A DNA stretch of 64,000 bases, taken from the NCBI GenBank assembly GCA_002633005.1, contig NMRA01000066.1, positions 828,441 through 892,440 of the forward strand. The letters run 5' to 3'. The stretch is from Phoronis australis (lineage: Eukaryota > Animalia > Phoronida). Shown one piece after another: positions 1 through 13,950 of this stretch; the stretch's first letter is position 1; every line of letters begins with the position of its first letter. A program made the translations under genes and the position numbers. Below the pieces are notes generated by a model that searched no databases, was not told the DNA's origin, and saw only the letters and a program-made list of their open reading frames with translations.

Positions 1-3000
1 ATACTTTTTAACACAGGCATTCGACATGGGGACTGACATTGGAATTTGTAATGACCTAAGTTCGAGAAAAGGCAATTTTCTCCGATATTCATTCATCAAC
101 TGAAAGGTGTGTGTAAATCACTCCAATTTGTGAATTAGACTCCGCCAGCCAGCCGCTTACCCAACTCGTCTCCACTATCGTTGGTCGGATTTGTGTAACT
201 CAGAGTAAACAAACTTACATTAGGGCAAATACTCTGGCTGAAAGTGCAGCCCTCTTTAGCGATGTCAAAATGACGTCAAACCCAGATTTTGAATCAATGA
301 TGCTGTACCCGAGAAACGTTCACCGACTCAGGGCGCTCCTGCACCGTGAAAGTGGTTACTTCGCTGCTCAAGAACAGATTGGGATAAATATGTTTATGCT
401 GTAAAATTTTCCTTTCCAAGATAATTTTCTATTTTCCTAACAAAAATCAGCATAAGCCTGAAGGGTTTAATGCTTGCCAAATACAGACTACTGGCATCTC
501 GTCTTGTGATGTTCAGGTTTAACGGTGAGTTTACACGAAATTCTCTCATGCATGTATCCAGTCCTGAAATATTTCCTGGTTCATGACGGGATTTTCGTAA
601 GTCGTCGTAACTAATTTTTATAGCCAAGCTTTCTCCAGAGGCCACCTAGAGGAGACACTTTGAGTTGACGCAACCTCTGTCTGAGTCAGGGACAGTTGTG
701 TCTCAAACAGTGGGGTATCAAGATTCCCCACTCAAGGTATACATAGCCAGGACTGAAACCCCAGACCTATCTAAGCTCCTCGTGATTCCGGTGAAGGAGC
801 TGGACTGTATAACTGAAGTGCTGACTCCGCTAGTTGAAGCCTATCCCACCTGGTTACTCAGTCAGGAGAAAACACTGTTTTCCTGAATGTTTACCTATGA
901 TTACCCAACGTTCTGCTTTACTCAAACGTTACACTGTTACGTGTTTCTTTAATGTCTTGTTTTGATGCCCCTTATCTTTTCCATGAAATAGGAAAAATCA
1001 GGATGTCACCAAGGAGTCGCGTAAGAAGTACAACGACTGATTTCGGACTTCAAGAGCCCGACAATTAAGCCGGGTTAGAGTTTCCCCGCTAGATTTCACT
1101 AGATGACGCGACTGTGTTATCGTATAGGGATTGTGAAATAAATAAACATGACTTTCGATAACCACTCGGTGACTTTCAGAGATTTCCAATAAGAGAGTTG
1201 TCTAAGGTAGACAGACAGGTGGGAGAGGTCGTATACTGAGCTAGTCGTCATGTTTACTCAAAAGATGTCGTTTATAATTTTCGTTCTAGCCGTCATTTTC
1301 GTCATTCCTGCTAATGATGAAGGAAATATCACTGTGAGCTCGGATTCCCAATATCGTGAATCCTAGGCTGGTGTGAGTTATGAACGAAACAGCTTACTAA
1401 ATTCCAGCCGATCAATCGCGATCACACCTAACCCAGCACTGACTGAGGGTCCTGCCGTTGTGCTTACAAATACTACCGGAAAAATCAATCCAGACGACAA
1501 CTGAGGCAGAACATTGAGCCAGACACTCTGGATATTTTATTTACGGAAACATTCGTGAACAATTAAAAAACTCACTGTTTTCGAGTAACATAAGCCGACT
1601 CGAAGAACTACGAGACAGGATCGTTTTCATTAATCGTCCAGACTCGATAAATTATATGGCCAAAAACCTACCGCGTAGTAATGCTCTACCTCTGTGTACG
1701 GCTTATCGGCACCTTTTGATTACATATCAAGGATAAAAGTAGGTCACGTTGCGACATGCTCTTTATTGTTGACAGCAGTTCGTTTATCATGCGCTAGGGC
1801 GGCGCCACTGGTCACGCAGGCTAGAATCTCATCCTCATGCCTGATTGCCACAGAATACCAGTCTTGCATAAAAAGGCGGGGCTCACTGAAGTGCCAAAAA
1901 TGTAACTTCGGTCTGACAGCCTTGTTATGCGAGAATAAAGATTTTTAAAATATCTCGATTTAGCTATGGAATTCCATGATCGGTTAGTACAAAGTTTTAT
2001 TTTTTGCTGTTATACACGTGTTTAGGACCATTCGAAGCTACGCCTACAGTCGGAATTAGGGATATGACCATACATGTGTACACCGAGAGGCTTGAAATTG
2101 CTGCGCCCCATCATTTAAAATTATACGCACGATAATAGTCTGATATAACATGAATAAAATAAATGGTAATGGCAATTTTTGGTAAAATGAGCTCACACTA
2201 GAAATCCACATCTCACTCATGTCGATTAGCAAATATGTTCTTTCTGAGTGGTACAGCTCATTCTAACAATTTTACAGAAGTGTACTACGCTCTTCTGGAC
2301 ACCTAAACTCGCCTGTTTTAGTGTTCAACGGTGAAAACTTATCACATGAATATGCAAAATAACTGTAAGCCCGCACGTGCACCCCGTCTGATATCAGTCC
2401 GACGCTAAGTGTGAAAGAACGCATGATCCGTCGTCGATGTTGGCAAAAAAATTAAGTTGAGAGAATTACGCTCTGTCAGTAGCGATCAGTCAGTTTTATG
2501 TTTTTATGGCTTAACTAAATTTCCAGGATTACGGATTTTCTAACGGCGGCGTAAGATTTTTTCTGGGATTTTATGTACCTCAAATTTTAGCGTTCTGGCT
2601 TTTACACAGAAAGGTACACCATTGAAAGTTTCCTTTAATTTAATATTTTTATACTCTTGATGTTTTCTTATGATTCAGAAATCTACTGGGTCACCGATTT
2701 AAACACCATTACGTAAAAATGTGCAATCTGACTTCAAAAGGGCGTCAATTTTAATTCTCGGTTGCACGCCGCATTCCACTAGATGACGATTATGCTTAGT
2801 TAATGTGTGTGCTGTTTTACGTACGCATAGATGTTCTGTACAATACACTGGCATATCATTGACTATTTATAACAAAATGTGAAACTGTAAACGTCGAACG
2901 TCTTAAATTTGAAAGGCGCAAGTATGAATGAGGTGGAAAACCGACGTACTTATTTTTAAAGCTCCTACTACTTAAGTCTCACTGGATGCAGTCGTGTTCT

Positions 3001-4566
3001 CACAATGCTGAAAACTTGTAGATGTATCTATGATCATTCTAGACTGCCAGCAGACATTACCATCGTCTCAAATGGCCCCGGTGGCCATGTCATAGGACCC
3101 CTAAGGAGCGGAAGCTTTTCATCCAATTATGCCTCACTACAAAACTATTGCTGTACTGTAAGTACATGTACCTTTTGCGCAAAGAGGGATATGACATCAT
3201 ATCCCCGGCGCGAGCTATATAAAAACGTTAGCGATTTCGGTAACTGAACGAAGGACTTTTCGAAAACAGGTTTGAGTGCGGGGGTAGTTGATCGTGATGA
3301 GAAGAGTTAAAGACATCAAGGCCCTCTTAAGGTGTACCCCCTGCGCAAACATGACTATTTTGGTGTAATCAGTGTGAGACCATAATTCGCCGAAAAGCTC
3401 GCTACGGCCTATGGGATGTCCGCCAGTCTCTAATGGAGGTAGGTCTTCTTTCGGTTTGCCTGGTGAGTTTGTTGAACATAATTGGTGATACATGTATACA
3501 TCAGCTGAAAAAGTATATTTTGTTAATTTTCGTTGATTATTTGTCATTTGTATGAACATTGGCTGGTCAGTTTGATACATGGCATTTTAAATCAAGCGAC
3601 ATCGATTATACATAATCATCTTTCTGGGCTTCCTGAACATTTCGTACGGATCTGCCAAACCCAGTGACTCTTTTTGCAACAAGTCTTCTAGTAATAATTT
3701 TGGGCCATGTGGGGAATGCTGCTGATCAATAGATTGGCATATCCATTTTTCATTTTTTTTCTTTGTAATAATAAAGATAATGGCAAGCATTTATCGGTAA
3801 CCGGCTGAGGTGCGCCCAGGTACAGGTACGATATTGTTAAATCTTAACAAACACGCAACAAACGAAAACAATCGAAATGTCCCATGCGCCATAACCATGG
3901 GACTCGCTTACGTCCGTCGCGTGGATGTAGCGAGATAAACAATACCAAGTGGTCGGTTGATACGTTGTATTATTTTCTCAAATACCGCGTTAGTGTTAAC
4001 AACTCAATCGATAAAATGCACCTGTGCACGTGTGTTTAAATGTTTGCGTAACTATTCATAACTAAGGTTGAATATCAGATATCTGTCTGTGCGAAGTTGA
4101 CAAAAGGGCAGAGTTCTTATGCCAAATCATTGAATGTAGTTAAACTTCTTTCAATACATAACTGAAAACAGCCTCTACATCAGCTTTAATTAAAAGTTTG
4201 AAAATGGCGCAGCTTATCTTAATGAAGTAGGCTACGTGTACTTCAGATTTATTGCCTAAATTGCAATTGAATTTGGTTACATAATCACTAAATGCATCAC
4301 AAACGTTTTGCATACGCTATACAAAGACTTAAATTTCCAAAGAAACCGACATCTGCAAGCAAAAAAGCGCTTAAGTTTTGAAATGGCTCGCTATCCCTTG
4401 CAAATTTCCTCCCGTTTACTTTTCTCTCAATTTCTAAAGGTGGTTGGGAACAGTTGCTTTCAGGATACAGTGTATGTTAAATTGTAAGATCAGTTCATTG
4501 TGCTTTTAGCCTATTTGAACATTTTTGTATTGAGACTGTGAGTGGAAGGTACATGTAGGTGCATCT

Positions 4567-7500
4567 TCATACGCGTTGCTCTTGCTGACGCCCGTCAACA
4601 GAGCCATAGTTGTCATGCGCTTGTTGATCCACATAGAAAGAGTCGCAGTCGTTTTTCATTGCCTCGCGATAACTGTTCTTCTTTCTTCTCCATAGAAAAG
4701 CGTAGGTCACAAAAATCCCTAGAGCAATGAACGCAATGGACCCTATGGTGATTCCAACAGCAGATGGCACTCCGATACCGTTCGAGGTGTTGTCAGATTC
4801 AACAGCTTGTTTGGTAAGTGATGAACTTATTACGTTGACAGCTTGTTGGAGCTCTAATTCCGAAGACTCGAGTCTAGTATGTGATGCTCTACGCAGAATG
4901 TCCTCTGCTTGCAATTCCGATGGCTTTACTGGTTGCGATTTTATCAGTTTCCATTCTGACGTCGTGTCATTTTTCATCCATTGTTCACCTGCAGACCCCA
5001 TCATAAAAAGAAGGTTGGTTGAATTGCCTTTTTTCTCTGGCTTTTTTTCAAATGGTGGGCGAATTAGCTTGACAAGGGAAAGACTGGAAAGAGAATTTGC
5101 TTTGACGCAGTAATTAATTTCACAGCCGTTGTCAAGATCAGCAAGATGCTGCGTGTAACCGGAGGGACATCTGTGGGGCAAACCAGAAGTTGGTTGCTGT
5201 TGGAAAAACGAGTACAAACTTCTTTTATGCACTTTAGCGTGTGGCATTGTGAGAGCCAGAGGATTACCAGACTTGCAGCTAAAGAAACCAGCAAATGGAA
5301 CTTGGTATACACCGCCCAGTTCAATGTCGTCACCAACGCATACTTTCATATCACTCCCTACCTTAAGACTGTGAAAATGGGGCGGACAGGAGAAGGACTG
5401 AGTCAGGAGATTGCTATGCGTAGACGTATACACGCCACCAAACATGTACCCCGAGCCCTGTTGAACGGAACCAGTAGCAGCACACCAGAAACCCGTGTAA
5501 GACGCCTCAGTACCGGTACGCACAACTTCGCACTTTGAATTGCAACACTTTCGAAGCCATAAGAAGCCACACCGTTTGCAAGTTTTTTCGCAGTACGTTT
5601 CTTTCCCACCGAAACTCTCTACGCCCTCTGCCACTTTGACAGCCGTGTATTCTTGTGGACAAGTGAAATCGCCAGTTAGAGGATTCTTTTGTGAAAGTTT
5701 GTCACACACCGTTTGATCGCCTCCGTAAACCACGGAGCACGTCTGGTAAACTCCACCAAATGTGTAATTCGAGAGTGCGTGAGAGCAAGATCCGTCATCG
5801 ATGTTCGCAGTAAAGCTGAAATTGGGTGAATCACGCTTCGTACAGCCCCTGTATGTATTGAATTTGTAGTACTGGCCAACAGCCTTTTCCACGTACTGCG
5901 CAATCTCTTTTCGGATGGGGTCGGGAACTTCCGGTAATGTGGCAGGTGTTATGACGTAATATATGGGATCACCGGACTTATCAATCGATACCAAATTGTT
6001 CTCAAGACCAGATTCCCAATCATCTAAGGTGAACTTGTTCTAGAAATATATAAGAAGCATGCTACAATGTTGCAAATATCACATTCTTTTCTATTAAGTC
6101 TCAAATAAGCTTTTCACTTAATATATGCGTAATAGTTGCATTAATCAATGACTTTTTAAAATCATTCATACATGTAGGCATGACACAAGACTAGTTACAA
6201 CAAAAGTATAAGAAAATAAACTTGGTTTTTAAATACCTTAAAACCTGGACCACCGACACTTTTAAGACTTGATGAGGCGAGATTTCTCATGTAACCTGAC
6301 TTGGTCTCGTGCGAGGTAGAAGTACCAAAACCAAACCCGACGCTGATTCTTTCAAAAAATGTTGCGCTGACAGCAGCTTTGACCTCCGACTTCCTGAATG
6401 ACTTGTCTGCCAAGAACGTCTTTTTTATCGAGTCCTCCTGGGCGAGAATGGCACCTACGTCAACACTGGTCGTGTAATGAGTGCCGAAGTCACGAACCAA
6501 TAACTGTGCAGTGTATGACGCCAGTCGAGTATTGTTCGTCAGAATATGTGAGCCAATCTCCAACAAGCGATTTTTGAAAGCTTGTGTGAGTTCTGCGTCC
6601 GGCTGCCCTTTGATTGTGTAAAGATGACGTCGAATTTGTACTCGTGCGGTGGAAGATTTGTCTCTAACGTGGTGCTTTTTAACCTGTAGACAAACCAACG
6701 GTATTAAGTTATAATTTTGCTGAAATTTTGAAGAGCAATCGGTCAAAAGTTAATTCCTTCCACATGTTTTTTAAGTTCTAATGTCAAGGATTTGAAAATT
6801 CGTAGGTTTCATTTAATGGATCTGGGTCCACACCTATCAATTACTACTCGAGAACCGACGAGAAATTAAACCAATTGATTTGGTCGTTCACTTTTTAAAT
6901 CGGACCCCGATAAAAATTTAGTGGTCTCGAACCCTGATTCAGGAATCAATTTTGAACTGTTCTCAATAAGGACGAACAAGCATTTTGGTCAGTCGTAATT
7001 TAGAAATACCTGGAACGTGTGAGCGGTTTTTGGTCGTACAATTTCCCGAGTAGTGTGCAAATTATTCACACATGCCTTTGATTGCCACTGTAATATCAAA
7101 ATTATGTTAAGGTAATTGAAAAATTACTGATCTACCTCTTGATGGGCGTATGAGAAGGATCCACTGATCACGGAGAAAAGGGAAACGCCTGCGTTGATGG
7201 AGCGTGACGTCATATCTGTGTATTCTTGCCAGCTATCAAATAATTCAGCGAACGCCTGCATGTTGCTTTCCTTAACAGGCAGGGCAAACGTTGAATCCGG
7301 GATAAGATATTTCCCTGGCAAAATCATGAAAAATGGTCTACAGATAAGGCCAAGTCCCATTCAGTTTGATGGTGCAGGTGAATGAATAGACAACTACATG
7401 TACATTGTATACTGGGCAATCTTAAGTTTTGAACTATCGTTATTTGATTTTGAAGACAAAATGAGGTTATGTCAAAGCTCAAACCAACTTTAAATGGCGA

Positions 7501-10500
7501 TCGTCATAAGAACACCGTCTAAATCAATCATGATCTACACACTAGAAATGGAATTATTTTTAATATTTTTACTATTACTGTAAACATTCCATTGATTATA
7601 CCGGCGATTTTCTCATGCATATTACTCTTCCCCATAACACTTATTCACTACACAAAACACATACATGTAAATGTACTGCAGCGAATGTTTTTGCAACTAA
7701 CCATCGCCTGTTGTCCTGCAGGTAGCGTAATTGGGTTTCATAATTTGCCCCATTTCAAGGTTACGCAGGTTGTCCCAACCAATACCAGGTAAAGCCTCAA
7801 ATCCATAAATGCCTGAAACAATAGAAAAGTAAGATAAAATAATAGACCGTTATCACTGTATTTGCGCTAATCACTTGCGAACTTTGAGTACGAATTTGAA
7901 ATCGTTGTCCAATGAAACTGTTTGTCGAAATCGGGGACTCGCTGTCAACACTTGCTGTCGACTAACGATGTTGACGGCGTATACTGTCTCACAGCTCACA
8001 TACTATCGTCTCCCCAGGCGCATGTTGCTTGCCCCCTCCAGGGGGCGACAGTGTGTGTCGAATGCGACGTTAGACTGTTGCATTGTGGTGACACATATTG
8101 TCATCCACAAAAAATACGATTTTAGTGATATTGCCTGGCAGGTAATCTACGCGATACTGCGTGTCAAGTCTCGGTGAAGGCATTTCCGAACCGTCAACAA
8201 GGGAACAGAGGTAGATGTGGCACAGGGGTCGGATAGGTGTTTTCAATCTCCTACGAAGAGACTTGCCGAGAATTAGCATTAGATTCGCCTGCAAATGCCG
8301 TAGAGATAACGCAGAGAGACTTACCAACACGTGAAAATATTTTCCAGCCATATCAGGATGTTTTCAAGCAAACGAAAGTGTATCCAAATGTAAACGAATC
8401 CCCAATTAAAGTTCCAATACCAGATTCTTCTCGAAACCGTTTTTCACACATCACCACCTTTCTTAGTTTTGTGTATTTGCAACAGAAAGCGAAAGTCTAA
8501 TTTTGTATGACCACCTATTTCAAAACCCGACTTAATTTTTGTCAAAGTTAAGAGCGAAGACCAAAATACGTCTTCGGTTTTTTGTATGCCCAAATTTCGG
8601 TATTAATTTTCCAAAGATTATGGTCTTAAGCTTTGAGTTTTACTTGTAGGTCAAGTTTTCATGAAACGGGACTCAGTGAGGACTCTTTTTCATGAAAAGT
8701 GATAAAAGACTAAGTCAGGAATTTAGTCTTTTGCTCCAAGTAACGATTTTTGAAACAAACATCCGCAGTCTCTGAGAATGTACACAACAGTTGACTGCTA
8801 GTTACAGCGGTATCTCCTATGAATTATTTCTAGACTTTGAAGCGCTCATGAGTTCTTAGCTAAACTTTTATAACGCAGTAGGAGCCAAATTGCAGTCCAA
8901 GTCTTAAAAGTCACTTTCCAAGAAACTGGTGCCTTAGAAATCAAGCGGCAATATCACGTAACACTTCAAAAATTCCTTGTGCGTGTTGGAAGTCAGAGAT
9001 CACTCGACTCAAATGTTGAACCTTGGATGATTGTATTTAACATATTATTTTGAAATTCTCAAATCTGCGGTGTTGCCTCACGATGTCGAGGTATAATAGT
9101 CGGGAGGCTAACATATACAAGTACATCACCTGTCTAGAAAAGTTGTCTCTTTGTTGTGCATATTTACCGACCGTTTTGAAAACTTTCCTATCAGGCACTG
9201 AACAAGATCAGTCTAAAAGCAATGGAAAATATCATCGAGGTTGTCATAAGGAGGCCAAATTGCACTCCGTTAATGCCTTTAAAAAATCCGTAAAAACTAT
9301 TAAAATTCCATTGATTCTACCACAAAAAATGTGCTATCGGATGTTTTAAAAGTTATGTTTCACCCCATTCCAATCCAAAGCTGTGGAGTTTTTCACTGAA
9401 AATTGTTTTCTTTGCATTTTCTATTTTCTATTGAAACGCTATTTGAGTGGAAAAATTTGACCAAAATTTTCGTGGCATCAGGCGTTCAGAGTTCCTCCCA
9501 GTACACGCCAATAGCTGACAGCCTGAGAAGTAAACCAAATCAGAAACTAAAGCACTTTTTTCCCTGACTGTATATGCCCAAATGCAAGAAAATGATGTAT
9601 CATAAGTATTCTTTGTACTGGAACGAAATTTTTTGGAAGCATGAATGTAGAGCTGCTTATACCTCCACCCCAAGGACCGACTTCATGAAAACTGACTTAA
9701 GACTTACGATAGAAATTGAGGAGGTAGTCTAGTGTGATAGGTTCTCGCTTTCTTTACTCGAGATCGTGGGTTCGAGTCCCACTGAGTCACTCTGCTAAAC
9801 CCTTAAGTCAGGTTTCTAGGTCCTCAGCACGGCTTTGATTATACATGTACATTAGTAAAGCGTAAAAATGGTTCCAGGTGATCAGTGAAGTGTGCCCACA
9901 TGCGCGGCCTGCGCACGTCTGTAACAACGTGTGTCAGACCGCCTGCAATTATTTTTATATGATAGAAATTTGGTCTTACGCTGACATAACTATTTTCGAA
10001 ATTTAATTTAAACTCCAAGATTAAGTATCTGAGAAAATAGCCATAATTGTCATTTACCGAAAAAAGTGTAAAAAGTATTTCCAGGCAGTAATGATTTAGT
10101 AATTACACGAGTAACCCGTTAATTGACAATTGTGAAGTGGAGGCGTACGACCAAATTTTTGTTGTCTTAAGTCACTTTTTATGAGACATACCCCAGAGGT
10201 CAGTAGCTAAGACAGTCATATACAGGTTATTGCAAACGAGGCTTTATCTTTTCATAAAAGAGCAAATCGTCGATAATTTTTAGTATTCATGCTTTACGAC
10301 TACGTTTACGAGCCACGTACGTTTGTTAACAATTACGACCCCCTAGTGGCTAAGACCGGAGTTGAGACCTTTGATTAAACGGGTCCAGCTACTAAGGGAA
10401 TCACTGTCAAATTTATTTTACTAAAGTTTGAATTTAATGCCTACAGTCATTTGTCAAAATGTCATTCCATGAAAACAAAAGGAGAATGAACGCCAACATT

Positions 10501-10918
10501 TCTGTCCAACCTAGTAATATATCGTTAAAACATTCCTCGTCGTTTGTTCATAAGTCCGGAAAAGAATTAGGGCTCTAACTAACATTTTGGTTAAAACAGA
10601 GTTAGATAAGGGATCTTATTTGCATTGCATAAGTCTATCTTAACAGGATAAAGAACAAAATGACCAAAGTAAAAGCAATGTGTGACTTTCTAGTCGTCAC
10701 CTAGCGGTGTGTTACATGTGCGTAATTTTTTATCACATCGTGGGAGAAATTTATCAAACTTGACATTTTAGTACATCATTACCGTTTTTAACCAGGCAGT
10801 TTCTTTTGTCGCCAATTGGGTACTTTTGCGATGAATCGTCTAAGGTCGCGAGTTGTCCATTAACAGCGGAAAACAACCAAGATAGAATAGTTAGAACAGC
10901 TGGAAGAGCGAGCTCCAT
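4567..10918 (-). CDS. MPEG1: Macrophage-expressed gene 1 / perforin-2 (MACPF pore-forming protein), paralog A; 5 coding exons, 781 aa
   Basis: Exons (minus): 10918-10783 ([21 protein letters not shown] signal peptide...[10 protein letters not shown]), 7812-7702 ([22 protein letters not shown]...CRTTGDG), 7314-7136 ([14 protein letters not shown]...SINAG), 6683-6237 (MACPF motif [15 protein letters not shown]), 6039-4567 ([28 protein letters not shown], Cys-rich P2 domain, [28 protein letters not shown] tail). All introns are GT-AG with matching phases; total 2346 nt, no internal stop. Confidence 0.96.
9674..10194. mobile_element. MITE (49576 family) interrupted by a SINE
   Basis: cttcatgaaaactgacttaagacttacgatagaaatt [SINE] tggtctt ... 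gaccaaattt..gtcttaagtcactttttatgagac. Confidence 0.6.
9718..9960 (+). mobile_element. tRNA-derived SINE
   Basis: A-box-like TAGTCTAGTG, B-box GGTTCGAGTCC (~9769-9779), AT-rich tail and 10-bp TSD GATAGAAATT (9708-9717, 9961-9970). Confidence 0.75.
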
Positions 10919-12195
10919 CTTTATGAGCAGTTGGTTCTCTCCTTATCTCTTTTTTCGTTCATTTATAGCGGGCAGGTGACTGCCATGCTCAAAACCGGAC
11001 ATTCGGCATAGTGCTTTACAATGTGATTAAGGTTTTAAAGAGGCGTGGTGTGAACGTAATCGTGAAACAATTGAAAAGTAACTCCTGATAACATTGTTAT
11101 TTAGCGCACAATTTTCGGGAACAGATAACGGAACCTGTAGCTGATCATGAGTCGTGTGCCAAATCGTTGTTGGGAATGTCGTGTCTAGCTGAATTAACAG
11201 TGGCAGTCGCAGTTCAATTAGTAAGGTTAATGAAGATGGTCATTCAGTGAGAATAACGCATACCTATATTTTGTCGTGTTAAAAGCGCAGCATCGCTTTC
11301 GGATTGTTGCGGCCACATTCTAGCAGATGAGTCATTGCAGCAGAGGCTCGGAAACATGAAAACACAACGATAAGCGGCCGCCTTTGTCTCACACACATCG
11401 GTTGTTAACGAAAGCGGAAAGGTGGTTTTATCTTGCACTAGAAGCAACTGTGTCAGCGCTCGACGCTTACTTTAAACGCCAAGTAGCATTTGGCGACCTG
11501 GCAAAAATCCCAGGTCCCCAAACGAAATCATAAGATTGCCGATCTGCCGTATTCATCGTCGACTAAAACAAGGTGGTACGGTCGTAACGTGTCCCATTCT
11601 CGGTATCTCTCCAATTTATCCCGCCAACGAGCGAACGTAGGCCGCAGTCTCGCCCTGAAGCCTCAAGTTGGCGCTGATCGGTTTAGCCAGTTAAGGCTTG
11701 GTTATGGGAAATTAAATGTGTCAGAATTCAGACACATTTTTACGAAAATCGCCGGAATATCACGAGTAATATAACTTCAATTTTCTGCAGTATAATATAA
11801 AAATGAAAATTAACGGTGTATAGCAGCATTTTAGGTATAGGTTCTTATAAAATTATGTTCTTGGTTCGAAAACGGGTAAAATTCAATGATATAATTAAGA
11901 AAAAAGAATTGAAAATAAGTACGAGAACAAACTTTACTTAAAAGCAACCAAAACACTCGTTGTGCGATCATGTTGAGCAAGTACATGTATGAGTGGAAAC
12001 GGATTCATCATGCTGGAGCTGATTCATATCTACTACAGCAAAGATACAGAAACTGGCGGTGTGCTGAGAAGATAAAAAAATAAGCCTATTAACCTGACGC
12101 GTATCTCGTCGTATCTATATGCGACTAGTGAAACTTGCAACTTGTGCATTGAGTTAAATGTATTGTTGCGTTGTATCCTGCTGCAATTTCATTAA

Positions 12196-12866
12196 AAGGA
12201 TACCGAACCCCAGTTTTGGATATTAACAGAGTCTAAAAACGATTTTCCTGCCCACTAAGTTTGCTAAAACTAAATAATGCTCTGTTACCCTCGACAACCC
12301 TCAAAAATTTGGAGAAAAACTTCTTTTAAAGATGTATTTGCATGCTCCTAACTATGCTAATGTATAAGCACGAACTAAACGACAATGGCATTTGAACATC
12401 ATCAGCGCTAAACAAAGTGCAGCTGTATTCATAGACAACCTTTAAATGTGGAAACAAAAAAATCTACTAATGACGTACCTTGGCGGCTTACATAGTTGGC
12501 ATCAAGTAGAATTATTCCCCAGTACCACGTTACGATACTTACTGGACACGGTCGAGTGATTTACGGCGGATCATCTTCGACACAAAACTCGATCTTAAAA
12601 ACGTTTGAAAATTTTCAACCTACTTCACATTCATATGTGTAGTGTTTCTAACTAATTTGACCAAGATAAGGAATTAGCGTGCAAGTTCCATTTTAAAGTT
12701 TCTTAATTGGACAAGCTAAATTACTCGGCAACTGTGGGGAAAAGACCACCCGCCGAGGTCCAGAATGTCTTATTTGTGGAATGAGTTTTTACTGGATTGA
12801 TGCCAATGATGCATTAGCAGGTGACAGACCGAGAAATCGTTTAAACAGGCAGGGTTTAGCATCCTT
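12196..12866. mobile_element. TTAA-flanked non-autonomous element (Kolobok-like MITE family), full copy
   Basis: TTAA|AAGGATACCGAACCC ... GGGTTTAGCATCCTT|TTAA; internal blocks are shared with 41784-42115 and 47270-47625. Confidence 0.7.
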
Positions 12867-13791
12867 TTAACAACAGCATTTTTCACAATAATGCATTGAA
12901 AACTTATTGTGTCCCTCATTGTTCAGCTCCTTAAGATTATCATGATATCTGTAAGTTTATTATTAAGTTACGACCTGTACGTTACGCCACCTATTGTCAA
13001 TATAGAGTAAGACGCCATCTTGTCTTGTTTAGTTTGCATTCACACATTGTCTAGACACTAAAACATTGCAAAGCTTAGGCTCCCATGTTCAACTCTCGAA
13101 AATCCATATAAAATTGCGTGCACCTCCCTCTGACTGAGCATAAACCTCCAAAGCTTTATCTTCCCGAGTTCCCATCAAATTGTCTTTGTGAGTGGTGAAT
13201 TGGCGACTTAATTTTCAAAACAATCTGAAAACTCTTTTTAAAGTTTTTGGCTTGTTTCTTTGTAATTGTATACTAAATGCTATTAAATCTCTTAAGCTGT
13301 ATTAATAAAATTCTTTTTGAGACACACGATCCCCATCTCTGTAAATCTGGCGACTCCCTCACTGTCACAAAATCCCGCTGACAAATTGTCACAAGTAAAA
13401 GCCCGGGAACTGTATGAGCAGTCTAACAGACATGATACTAAGCTTACAACCAAGCACAACATAGCTAGCCAGCACATGAGAAAATAGAGCAACCAGTTCA
13501 AAGGAATGGGTCAATCGTTATAAGAGGTGGCAAAGTTGTTAAGCAACCTGATAAGCTGGATTTATGAAGTGTTGGTTCAAAGGTGTACGTCGAATACTTG
13601 CTTTTTAGACTTGAGTTGTAGTTGAACGAGTGTTTTGAAAGACTGTTGGTAATTGTGTTGGACTTGACATGTTTACCATTCTAAACTTAAAGTGTGTTTA
13701 TTTCGGACTTCCTTTGGAAATGGGAAGATGTTGTGGTATGTATTAGTTTATTGTTCAGTTATGACCTTATGTTACGCCACTCATTGTCAAT

Positions 13792-13950
13792 ATATACACT
13801 AAACGTACCTAGAGTGGCGTACATGATGAAATATCCCACACGACATTATTACGCGTATCAACGGAGACCGAAGGTCGAGGTCGATACGCGGAATAATGTC
13901 TCGTGGGATATTATTTCATGTACGCCACTCTCGGTACGTTTTGTGTATGT
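13792..13950. repeat. Long hairpin with an internal GACC-GAA-GGTC stem-loop (Crypton-like terminus)
   Basis: ~68-bp inverted arms (aaacgtacc.agagtggcgtacatga..aatatcccac..gacattatt.cgcgtatc) around a 21-nt spacer. Confidence 0.65.

Noticed and set aside
1-4500. Short ORFs (394-645, 665-886, 3215-3580, 3587-3790) as genes or a third MPEG1 copy
   Set aside because: No recognisable motifs, no consistent splice model and no MPEG1 similarity.
8070-8351. [19 protein letters not shown]... as MPEG1-A exon 1
   Set aside because: Its donor is in the wrong phase and it lacks the P(I/V)GDKRNC motif; the supported exon 1 is 10783-10918.
9718-9790. tRNA gene
   Set aside because: No proper cloverleaf or T-run terminator; it is flanked by a TSD, so it is a SINE head.
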